Positions 52,201 to 58,654 of a DNA stretch of 64,000 nt are shown in pieces. The position numbers and the translations under genes were made by a program. The notes beneath the pieces were generated by a model, which saw nothing but the letters and a program-made list of their open reading frames with translations, was not told the DNA's origin and did no database searches. The stretch lies in sequence record OL741057.1, one strand, 5' to 3'. Origin of the DNA: Staphylococcus phage vB_Sau_P68. Position 1 is the first letter of the stretch. Each line of letters begins with the position of its first letter.

Positions 52201-53361
52201 ACCTAATTTGTTATCAATTGACAAGTCCCCATATGCATTTCTTACAGAATCTATATCCATATTATCTGAATTTTGACCTAATGATGTAACCATTGGTCTA
52301 TTTGATTCACTTAGAGAAGCACCTTTCATGTATAGACCTGTCATAGCCCCTGTCATAGCCATACCTGCATGAGAACCGATAGATGGTAAACGCTCCTCAA
52401 TCATTCTACCGAATGTTCCTCGTTGTTGGTCTACTTTTCTGCCTTGAAATTCTTGTTGTACTGAACCCTTATAATATTGAACAGTTTTATCAAGTTCTGC
52501 TCCTAATTTTTCATAGTTAGATATAAGTTCTTCTCTAGCTTTCATTTCCATTTTAATAGAAGCTAGTTCTTTTTCATATTGAGCTTTATTAATTTGACCA
52601 CTAGCTCTACGTTTAGTTAGGTCTTGTTGTTGGTTTCCATAATTAGTGTATTGCTCTCTTGCTTGGCTTAAATTACGTTGGTTTTGTTTTCTTTGACTTT
52701 CATAAGAATCTACCTTACCTAGTTCACTTCTAACTCTTGCTCCTTGGTCATATGTTAAACGTCCTGTTCCTTCTGAACGTTCCATGTAACCTCTAGTCAT
52801 ATTACGGTTAGCTCTTAAACGTTTAGTATAATCTCTAGTAGCACTAGAATCTTTACTAATTTTATTGTATTCTTCTGTTACTTTATTTAAGGTTTTCTGT
52901 TCTTTAATTCTATTTTGAATACTAGCGTCTGAGCCTATTTTCTGTGAAGACATCTTCTCAAGACTTTCACTAGTCTCATTAACAACTTTATTCATCTTAG
53001 CGTATGCTTTTTCAACTTCAGGGTCAGGTGCTATACCCTTAGATATATTTTCTTTTTGAAGGTCATCTAAAGCTTTCTTTAGTTCATTTATATTCTTTGT
53101 AGCAGATTGAGTGGATTTAATAGATTCATCCATATCTTTAGAAGATATAACAGATTTACCTTCCTGTTTATCCATTGAGTCCTGTACATTTTTAACTTCT
53201 TTAGCAATTACTTTTAATTTCTTTAAGAAATTGTTTAAAGGGGCATCAATATTTTTAGATTCCAGGGAATCCATATAAAGTTCTATTGCCTTTAGACTAT
53301 TTTCTAAATCCGAACTATCACCGGATAAGACCAATCTATAATCGTCATTCATTGCCATCAT
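49297..53361 (-). CDS. tail tape-measure protein with Gly-rich repeat region and C-terminal lytic transglycosylase (SLT) domain (1354 aa)
   Basis: N-terminal coiled coil, repeated GKKTGKGLFD units and G/A-rich stretches. SLT-like motif SLIHNESGGDPGITQ...GLLQY near the C-terminus. Confidence 0.75.
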   Translation of the reverse strand: MMAMNDDYRLVLSGDSSDLENSLKAIELYMDSLESKNIDAPLNNFLKKLKVIAKEVKNVQDSMDKQEGKSVISSKDMDESIKSTQSATKNINELKKALDDLQKENISKGIAPDPEVEKAYAKMNKVVNETSESLEKMSSQKIGSDASIQNRIKEQKTLNKVTEEYNKISKDSSATRDYTKRLRANRNMTRGYMERSEGTGRLTYDQGARVRSELGKVDSYESQRKQNQRNLSQAREQYTNYGNQQQDLTKRRASGQINKAQYEKELASIKMEMKAREELISNYEKLGAELDKTVQYYKGSVQQEFQGRKVDQQRGTFGRMIEERLPSIGSHAGMAMTGAMTGLYMKGASLSESNRPMVTSLGQNSDNMDIDSVRNAYGDLSIDNKLGYNSNDMLKMATSYESSIGHKSDEDTMAGAKQLAIGGRSLGIQDQEMYQESMNQLMHTGGVSSGNMKEMQDAFLGGIKQSGMVGRQDEQLKALGSIAEQSGQGRTMSSTDMSNLSAMQATLAGTGNKGLQGEQGANAMMSIDQGIKNGMNNPYARISMGWGTEYQGLEGMHDLQARMDKGISDPENLTDILGQAEQMGGTTKEQQAIAKKSFDSLGANLTQSQTDDLFNEYKKGDLSAEELAKKAKKMEKEGKKEGEDNRTDYEGSDAGKNDQNKAKTDDKAEDIYDLAQPVRDVHSAFAGLPAIVYAGATAVGVFTASLLASAGQFGLGRVVGKGKQWVDKKRNGGTSGGGTPPPGTSPGRQKYANNNPKTPNGGGTSGGSRVGSMFEKAKSFGGEALAGGMLFGDKLLGGKNKKGGSRSGKEQFKGAWDSTKKTGKGLFDHLNPKNRDFTMGEYLGRTKDLGKKTGKGLFDTGKSEFSGSILNPKNFKGLGGKIKDGTGSLLNKGKGAYGKFADKFGDGSKNGILSQSPNAGGSGIGKLGKLAGGLGKGAGVLGVATSALSLIPALASGDDKAIGKGVGSMGGGMAGASAGASIGALFGGVGAIPGALIGGAIGSFGGGAVGEKVGDMAKKANTKEGWNLGWSNGDKDGKNKFQDSLIGKPISKAWSGITGLFDNDAEASEEDSKDKKKGVKGVKGDTKKKEKMTAEQLREKNNQSETKNLKIYSDLLDRAQKIIESAKGISLDGNTEEGGDLGSSNSDEKKPADKWKDDIRKAAKAMGVNITDKDVDGIASLIHNESGGDPGITQGNIGDINNINGTPAKGLLQYVPSTFDNYKVKGHGNITSGYDQLLAFFNNKNWKQDYNPNGGWSPTGGRVKGGSGGGGGGGEALSSTYQEAMSKPILTSSGSNYRGSNDASNASTTNRVTVNVNVQGGNNPEETGDIIGGRIREVLDNNMDIFANEHKRSY

Positions 53362-53413
53362 TATTCACCGTCCATTTTAAAAAAATAAGGATGGTAGTAT
53401 CACCTACCACCCT

Positions 53414-53959
53414 TTACATATACCAATCATCATCTAGGTCTTCTAGTGCTTTATTAACGCTATCCTGTGATATCGTAGCATCCTCTTCACTAGTTTTACC
53501 ATTTCCTACTTCATCATCTAATTCTTCTTGTTTTCTTCTAATGTATTCCATCATAGCAAGATGTTGTGTAGTGAGTCCTTCTGTCTCATCATTCAACTCT
53601 GCATCATTTCTCTTAGCTCTTTCTTCTTTATCTCTATCAGATAGTTTAGCTTCCATCTGTTGTGCTAAGTCATCAGCATCTAAGAAATCAGGTACTGGGT
53701 CAAAGTCTTCATGAGATTCATTCCACCAACTACTATCATCATCTTCGAATTGACTATCATACTTGCCACCTTTTTGAGCTTGTTTAAGTTGTTTATTATG
53801 TTCGTAAACATCTCTGTTCATATTACCAATAATAAACTCTATTTGATAGTCATCTAAGTCCTTAAATCTTTGCTCAGTAGGTAAAACATTAAACTCTTTC
53901 ATAATAGCCCATAGATTTCTAGATAAAGGTTGTTTAACAATTGATTCCATACCACCCAA
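53414..53959 (-). CDS. tail assembly chaperone-like acidic protein (181 aa)
   Basis: Immediately upstream of the TMP gene. The start is TTG or the internal ATG. Confidence 0.45.
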   Translation of the reverse strand: MGGMESIVKQPLSRNLWAIMKEFNVLPTEQRFKDLDDYQIEFIIGNMNRDVYEHNKQLKQAQKGGKYDSQFEDDDSSWWNESHEDFDPVPDFLDADDLAQQMEAKLSDRDKEERAKRNDAELNDETEGLTTQHLAMMEYIRRKQEELDDEVGNGKTSEEDATISQDSVNKALEDLDDDWYM

Positions 53960-53993
53960 TCGTTCTATATCTTTATCTAGTGTTTCTATACTA

Positions 53994-54449
53994 TTAGTAA
54001 CGAAAGGAGTTTAGGAACCCTAACCAATCTTCATACATAACAGTTAAAGGATATAAGTTATAGATATCCTCAGGGTCTTGGAATTCCTTAGGAACTTCAA
54101 TACCTACTTCTTGTAATGTAGCTAACATTTGGTAAGCTCTAATTACTTGGTCTGTTTGATACATATCCATACCACCTAGGTAAGCAGAACGTAACGCAAA
54201 GATATTACCTTGCTCTCGTGCATTAGGTAATTTAATTTTAACTCTAAATTGTAAGTCTAATTCTTCAAAGTTATATTCTTTTTCCCAAGTATCATTAACA
54301 CCTTTAATAACTTTGTTAATAACTTTTTCTTTTTCTTTCCTATCTTGGTATTTTAATTCATCTATCTCTTCCGGTGTCATTTTACTAACATCTTTTTTCT
54401 CTTCTTTTGTTTCTTGTACATCTTGTTCCTTTTTAATTTCTTCAGCCAT
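53994..54449 (-). CDS. tail assembly chaperone-like protein (151 aa)
   Basis: Second small gene upstream of the TMP gene, preceded by an AAGGAAGG RBS. Confidence 0.45.
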   Translation of the reverse strand: MAEEIKKEQDVQETKEEKKDVSKMTPEEIDELKYQDRKEKEKVINKVIKGVNDTWEKEYNFEELDLQFRVKIKLPNAREQGNIFALRSAYLGGMDMYQTDQVIRAYQMLATLQEVGIEVPKEFQDPEDIYNLYPLTVMYEDWLGFLNSFRY

Positions 54450-54580
54450 ATTATGATATACCTTCCTTTTTTAAATATTAATAAAGCCTACGCTTATCCG
54501 ATTCAATATTAATATAACACGGACTAGTGTAGGCTTACTACTTTAAACATAGTATATCATATTTTGTTTTTAAATCAAAA

Positions 54581-54892
54581 TTACTTTAAGTATTTCTCTG
54601 TGCTTGTTAAAATTTCCTCTAAACTTTGTTTAATTTTATCACTATTTCTTAGTAAATAAATGTAGTATTCTTGTAATGAATCATAATACTCATAATCAAT
54701 AGTTAATATTTCTTGACCTTCTAAATATTTCTTAGTAATCTTACCTGCTTGTTCAGTTAATGTTTTGAATCTATCTAAAATTTGATTGATTGCAATTGCA
54801 GTTGATTTACTTGTTACATCTACCTCTTGCGGGAATTTTTGTAATTCTACTTTCATTTCTGTGTGTACTGCTCTTAATTTACTTTGTGTCAT
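54581..54892 (-). CDS. hypothetical protein (103 aa)
   Basis: ORF track. It has a consensus promoter upstream. Confidence 0.45.
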   Translation of the reverse strand: MTQSKLRAVHTEMKVELQKFPQEVDVTSKSTAIAINQILDRFKTLTEQAGKITKKYLEGQEILTIDYEYYDSLQEYYIYLLRNSDKIKQSLEEILTSTEKYLK

Positions 54893-54924
54893 TTTATATC
54901 TTCTCCTTTAATTTGTTATATCTT

Positions 54925-54953
54925 TATTATAATTTATTATTTTTAATTTGTCA
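54925..54953 (-). promoter_or_regulatory. sigma-A-like promoter TTGACA-17-TATAAT
   Basis: tgtcaa at 54948-54953 and attata at 54925-54930. Confidence 0.55.
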
Positions 54954-54959
54954 ATACTT

Positions 54960-55112
54960 TTATTCTAATTCTAAAGGCATTATGTGTAAATCTATATTAT
55001 TACTACCATTTACATATTCTATAGCATCTTGTAATTCTCTAAAAGCTTTAAAATTCATATTTGTTTCTTCTTCTGTACTCCCTCTTAAATCTATTACAAT
55101 GTATATTTTCAT
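54960..55112 (-). CDS. small protein (50 aa, MKIYIVIDLRGSTEEETNMNFKAFRELQDAIEYVNGSNNIDLHIMPLELE), below the ORF-track cutoff
   Basis: ATG at 55112 with an AAGGAG RBS 5 nt upstream. It sits between the 64-aa and 103-aa genes. Confidence 0.45.
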   Translation of the reverse strand: MKIYIVIDLRGSTEEETNMNFKAFRELQDAIEYVNGSNNIDLHIMPLELE

Positions 55113-55127
55113 TTGTACTCCTTCTTA

Positions 55128-55322
55128 TTACATATATTTTAATGAGTAATAAACATCATTAATGATTAAACATGCTAAAAATTGAATTGATGTTATTACC
55201 ACTAATGCTTTACTCATAGCTAGTGATTCATTTGTAACTGTGCCCTTACCATTTAATATACTTAATACAATAAATATAATACTTGATAGAATAAAATAAC
55301 TATTTACTATTGTTAATCCCAT
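55128..55322 (-). CDS. small membrane protein (64 aa, two TM helices)
   Basis: Hydrophobic segments IVNSYFILSSIIFIVLSIL and ALVVITSIQFLACLII. Confidence 0.5.
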   Translation of the reverse strand: MGLTIVNSYFILSSIIFIVLSILNGKGTVTNESLAMSKALVVITSIQFLACLIINDVYYSLKYM

Positions 55323-55334
55323 TATAACTCCTCC

Positions 55335-55796
55335 TTATTTAATTGTCAAGCCTTTATCATAATAATCTAAATCTAATGTTTTGTGTGTATCTGTAATGCC
55401 ATTATAGTATGTAGTTATTATTTTACCATCTTCTAGGTTAATAACTAAGTACTGATAACTACTTACTCCTTCTATAGTTACAATAGTAGGACTCTTAAAA
55501 ATAATCCTTCTTTGTTTTTTACCATGAAAATCTGTAATATTAAATTCAATAACGTTAAAAGGTGCATTATTACTCTTAAATATAAATCCTACTAACTTAC
55601 TAAAATTGATTTCATTTTTAACTTTAGGTTTACAATGACTTGTTAGTTCTAAGTATTTATGTGTATCAATTGTATCTTGTAAAAGTTTAACACACTGCTT
55701 CTTTTCTTGTAAAGTCATTTGAGTATAATGCTTCTTCTTCTGTCTTGTACTGCTTGTAGTTCTTCTTTTTGACCAAAATGTACTCATATAATCCAT
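55335..55796 (-). CDS. hypothetical protein (153 aa)
   Basis: ORF track. It has a promoter upstream. Confidence 0.45.
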   Translation of the reverse strand: MDYMSTFWSKRRTTSSTRQKKKHYTQMTLQEKKQCVKLLQDTIDTHKYLELTSHCKPKVKNEINFSKLVGFIFKSNNAPFNVIEFNITDFHGKKQRRIIFKSPTIVTIEGVSSYQYLVINLEDGKIITTYYNGITDTHKTLDLDYYDKGLTIK

Positions 55797-55817
55797 CTCC
55801 TTATTTATTATACCTTT

Positions 55818-55846
55818 AGTATATCAGCTTTAATATTCCTTGTCAA
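55818..55846 (-). promoter_or_regulatory. sigma-A-like promoter TTGACA-17-TATACT
   Basis: tgtcaa at 55841-55846 and agtata at 55818-55823. Confidence 0.5.
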
Positions 55847-56018
55847 CACCTTTATGTTTATTTTTTCTAGAATATTTTGTTTTATCTTTTTTGACTTGAG
55901 TTACCGGTTTTATTTTCCATGTTGCTCTTGTATTACTCATCTTACCAATTGTTTTTCTATTTGTCAAGGATAATCCCTCCTTATTTATTATGATAGCATA
56001 ACCCTTGATATTGGTCAA
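55830..56018 (-). CDS. small highly basic protein (about 45-62 aa, translationally coupled to the endonuclease gene)
   Basis: K/R-rich (KKDKTKYSRKNKHKG). An AAGGAGGG RBS supports an internal TTG start. There is a 4-nt gap to the upstream gene. Confidence 0.4.
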   Translation of the reverse strand: MTNIKGYAIIINKEGLSLTNRKTIGKMSNTRATWKIKPVTQVKKDKTKYSRKNKHKGVDKEY

Positions 56019-56021
56019 GGG

Positions 56022-57317
56022 TTATTTATAATTTTGTATATAGTCAATATAACTTATACTTTTTAGTGTATCACTTTTTTCCTGTTCTGTAGCTTCTCTA
56101 ATATTGTACCCTTTAACAGTGTTTCTTTTACCCTTAGCACAATCTACAATGGATGCTACATCTGAACTTATTCTTTTTGTCATCATATGCAAAGGCAACT
56201 TAATATCTTCTGAACCTTTAGTTGCTACATATACTTTAATTCTTTTATCTGTTATTGTTTTAGCTACTTCTGAAAAGTCTTCATCTTCATATCTCCAAAG
56301 ATAACCACATGATTGCTTTTTACTTCCTGATACACACCCTCTAATACTTGATGAAGGTAATCCTAAATTACTAAAGTATTCTTGTGCTTCTTTTAAAGTG
56401 TCAAATCTAATTTCTTCTAGTGTCTTAATATTTAATCCTACTACAGGTTTAAATCTTTTCTTAACCCCTCTACGTTTCATTAAACCTTTAACATTACCAA
56501 CACTCATATTAAATTTATTTGCAGTTTCTTCTGAAGAGTGTTCTTTATAGAATTCTATAATCTCTTTTTCATTTTCTTTATATTTTGTAAACAGTTCTAT
56601 TCTCTCAGTATAATTTAAATTAATTTCTAAGAACGAACTTATAGTATTTAATATGTCCTTTTTGTCCTCATTAGGATAATAGATATATAGTAACTTTATG
56701 TTATTATCTTTACAGTATTTTTCTTTTAGTGAATCTAGCTCTTGTATCTTTTCTAAGGGCGTACTCCATGTTCCAGTAGCTTGTTTAATATGTTGTTGCC
56801 CCATATATTCAATAGCATATTTATTACCATTTAATTCTATATAAAAATCTAATCTTTGTGGTCTCTCTAATCCTGTGTAGATAGATTTTTCACATATAAA
56901 TTCGATACCATTTTCTTTAAGTATAGTCTGTATAATTCTCTCTCCGATACTTTTCATATGGTCTTGAGGACAATTATTATTAGTATTGTTCTCAAAACTA
57001 TTCCATATAACATCCCATTTATTCCCTTGCGGTGATAGTAGTAAACATCTCTTTGTTGATTGCAGATTTTCAGGGTAGTTTATAATACTATACCCTCTAC
57101 TTTTAGCGTAAGAAGAAAAATATTTCTTTTTACCTTCTTCTGTAAGTTGTGTTAGTCTTATTTGTTTTAAGTTATTTAAGTTATTGTAGGACACGTAACA
57201 TTCACAACCTTTAAATTTACCTTCCAAAACAACACCTAAATGTTTTGTATCTTTTGCTCTACCTCTATATTCTACGATTTTTATATTTTTTTCTTTTGCT
57301 AATTTTTCAATTTCCAT
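56022..57317 (-). CDS. free-standing homing-endonuclease-like protein: N-terminal DUF559/Vsr-like PD-(D/E)xK nuclease motif plus C-terminal HTH/NUMOD-type DNA-binding modules (431 aa)
   Basis: Nuclease motif RLDFYIELNGNKYAIEYMGQQH. NUMOD3-like EHSSEETANKF and HTH NMSVGNVKGLMKRRG. The classic homing-endonuclease C-terminal module is FDTLKEAQEYFSNLGLPSSSIRGCVSGSKKQSCGYLWRYE. Confidence 0.6.
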   Translation of the reverse strand: MEIEKLAKEKNIKIVEYRGRAKDTKHLGVVLEGKFKGCECYVSYNNLNNLKQIRLTQLTEEGKKKYFSSYAKSRGYSIINYPENLQSTKRCLLLSPQGNKWDVIWNSFENNTNNNCPQDHMKSIGERIIQTILKENGIEFICEKSIYTGLERPQRLDFYIELNGNKYAIEYMGQQHIKQATGTWSTPLEKIQELDSLKEKYCKDNNIKLLYIYYPNEDKKDILNTISSFLEINLNYTERIELFTKYKENEKEIIEFYKEHSSEETANKFNMSVGNVKGLMKRRGVKKRFKPVVGLNIKTLEEIRFDTLKEAQEYFSNLGLPSSSIRGCVSGSKKQSCGYLWRYEDEDFSEVAKTITDKRIKVYVATKGSEDIKLPLHMMTKRISSDVASIVDCAKGKRNTVKGYNIREATEQEKSDTLKSISYIDYIQNYK

Positions 57318-57346
57318 ATTAAAACACCTCTTCTATTAAAGTATAT

Positions 57347-57379
57347 ACTAATGATACTATATCATTAGTCTTTTGTCAA
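57347..57379 (-). promoter_or_regulatory. promoter (TTGACA-17-TATCAT) for the endonuclease gene, overlapped by a perfect 10-3-10 palindrome ACTAATGATA-cta-TATCATTAGT (putative operator)
   Basis: tgtcaa at 57374-57379 and atgata at 57351-57356. Palindrome at 57347-57369. Confidence 0.5.
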
Positions 57380-57412
57380 TAGAAAAGACCTAACTTTTAT
57401 TGTTAGGTCTAT
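57380..57412 (-). terminator. rho-independent terminator (AGACCUAAC-AAUAAAAG-UUAGGUCU followed by UUUCUAUU) ending the tail tube transcription unit
   Basis: Perfect 9-bp inverted repeat agacctaac/gttaggtct at 57386-57410. Confidence 0.6.
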
Positions 57413-57475
57413 ATTCTATAATAAATACGAACTTATGTTCTGGCTTTATCTGATGCGGTCAAGTACGAAAACGAT

Positions 57476-57538
57476 TTATTTATTTACAAACGCTACTTTG
57501 TAAACCTGTGTTATTTCACATGCACTAGCTTTCACTAC
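57476..57538 (-). CDS. putative terminal exon of the tail tube gene (...VVKASACEITQVYKVAFVNK*)
   Basis: Open frame of up to 20 codons directly after the second group I core. It ends with TAA just upstream of the terminator hairpin. The exact 3' splice site is undetermined. Confidence 0.3.
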   Translation of the reverse strand, partial: VVKASACEITQVYKVAFVNK

Positions 57539-57860
57539 GTGACTAGACTATTTGTTATCCCTAATTAGTAGGGCAAGGATTTTTCTTCTCCCAATAGCTT
57601 GGAGCTTTACTCTCATCTTATAATGAGATAGTCGTTGAACGTTCCTCTTATGATTTACTATCACTTAGAGTATTCGATGCTATACACCCATTGTACTTCT
57701 CCTTAGGATTTAACCTTAGAGTATCTCAATCATTTTTTCTACTTTCGTAACCTTCTAGTTTATTGTTTCCAATTCCTATGTGGTTGATTGAGCTTTAGAA
57801 GTTTCATAGCAGTTAACCCTTAATACTCACAGATTACTCTATGAGCAGAGTGTAAAATTC
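57530..57860 (-). ncRNA. group I intron 2 in the tail tube gene (ORF-less, approximate limits)
   Basis: R element GUUCAACGACUAU at 57628-57640 and S element AUAGUC at 57546-57551, forming P7 GACUAU/AUAGUC. P8-like hairpin CCCUACUAAUUAGGG. Q-like AAUCCUAAGGAG around 57700 and P-like GAAUUGGAAAC around 57770. Confidence 0.55.
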
Positions 57861-57904
57861 TCAATTTCCTCTGTCACTATTTCATTGGTCTGCCACGTCT
57901 CGTT

Positions 57905-58250
57905 ATAGTTCACTTATACCCTATCTCTCGATATATTTAAAGGGGTTAGACTGTCCCATGTCCCTTATTTATAAGGTGACTACCTATTACAGTCGTTGAA
58001 GCTTCCCACTCTCGTAGGCTTGCCTGCGGATTTCCTATTAATTGAGTACTTAGGACATTAATAATGTGTCGCTAGTTATTAATGCTTTTATCTCACCGTA
58101 TACTATCCAATTAATTTTTTCTGATTTCTCAACATTCACGCTTACTTTTTCAAGTTACGTTGTAGTTTAATTGGCTTTAAGGTGTTCCCGCAATTTCAGG
58201 TATTATTCGACTATACATTACTGTATAGAAGCAACAATTATTTATTGGCA
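57905..58250 (-). ncRNA. group I intron 1 in the tail tube gene (ORF-less, approximate limits)
   Basis: P2 hairpin CUAUACAG-UAA-UGUAUAG. P element AAUUGCGGGAA at 58185-58195 and Q element AAUCCGCAGG at 58023-58032. R-like UUCAACGACUGU at 57989-58000. P3 UACCUG/UAGGUA, P8 CCUUAUAAAUAAGG, P7 GACUG/CAGUC (57949-57954), and a P9 with GAGA loop. Confidence 0.65.
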
Positions 58251-58582
58251 CTACATCCGTGGTAACTAATGATAACTTGTTTAGTTAAATTATCTACTAC
58301 TAAGATATCAATGATATCTTTCTTAAGAATTTCTTCACCAAGTGAAGCATATCCTAAATCTGCAAAGTTTTCTTTTTTCATACGTAAACGTTCTACTGTA
58401 ATTGTACCTTCATAACGTAAGTATACGTGTTCTTGAGGCATGATAGAACCGATTTCGTATACACCAGTTGTACCGTATTCACGAGTACCTGATGCTGATT
58501 GTGCTCTTCCTACCGGTTTACCTTTAATCATAAGTAAGACGGTATTACCAGTATGGACGGTTTGTTTAGCTTCTGATGCCAT
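58238..58582 (-). CDS. tail tube protein, 5' exon (the ORF continues in-frame about 10-15 codons into intron 1 before the stop)
   Basis: 114-aa ORF directly downstream of the tail sheath gene. Its product is tail-tube-like (beta-rich, MASEAKQTVHTGNTVLLMIKGKPVG...). P2 and P4 of the intron begin within 45 nt of its stop codon. Confidence 0.65.
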   Translation of the reverse strand: MASEAKQTVHTGNTVLLMIKGKPVGRAQSASGTREYGTTGVYEIGSIMPQEHVYLRYEGTITVERLRMKKENFADLGYASLGEEILKKDIIDILVVDNLTKQVIISYHGCSANK

Positions 58583-58591
58583 CTGTATTCA

Positions 58592-58640
58592 CTCTCCTAA
58601 AGTATTCAAATTATATTAATAGGAGTACCCAATCTAGGTA
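58592..58640 (-). terminator. hairpin (GGAGUACC-UAGAUUG-GGUACUCC) between the sheath and tube genes; probable attenuator or partial terminator
   Basis: 8-bp perfect inverted repeat ggagtacc/ggtactcc followed by an A/U-rich tract. It is located between the gene stop at 58655 and the tube RBS. Confidence 0.4.
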
Positions 58641-58654
58641 CTCCATAACCTAGA

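Noticed and set aside
57380-57412. Reading the hairpin at 57386-57410 as an intron stem, with the last tail tube exon downstream of the endonuclease gene
   Set aside because: The hairpin is followed by a U-rich tract on the coding strand, and the endonuclease has its own promoter and RBS. The candidate terminal exon stops just upstream of the hairpin.
57318-58237. The ORF-free 900-bp region as a CRISPR array, tRNA cluster or retron ncRNA
   Set aside because: It has no direct repeats with regular spacing and no tRNA-like cloverleaf segments. Instead it contains ordered P/Q/R/S group I elements.
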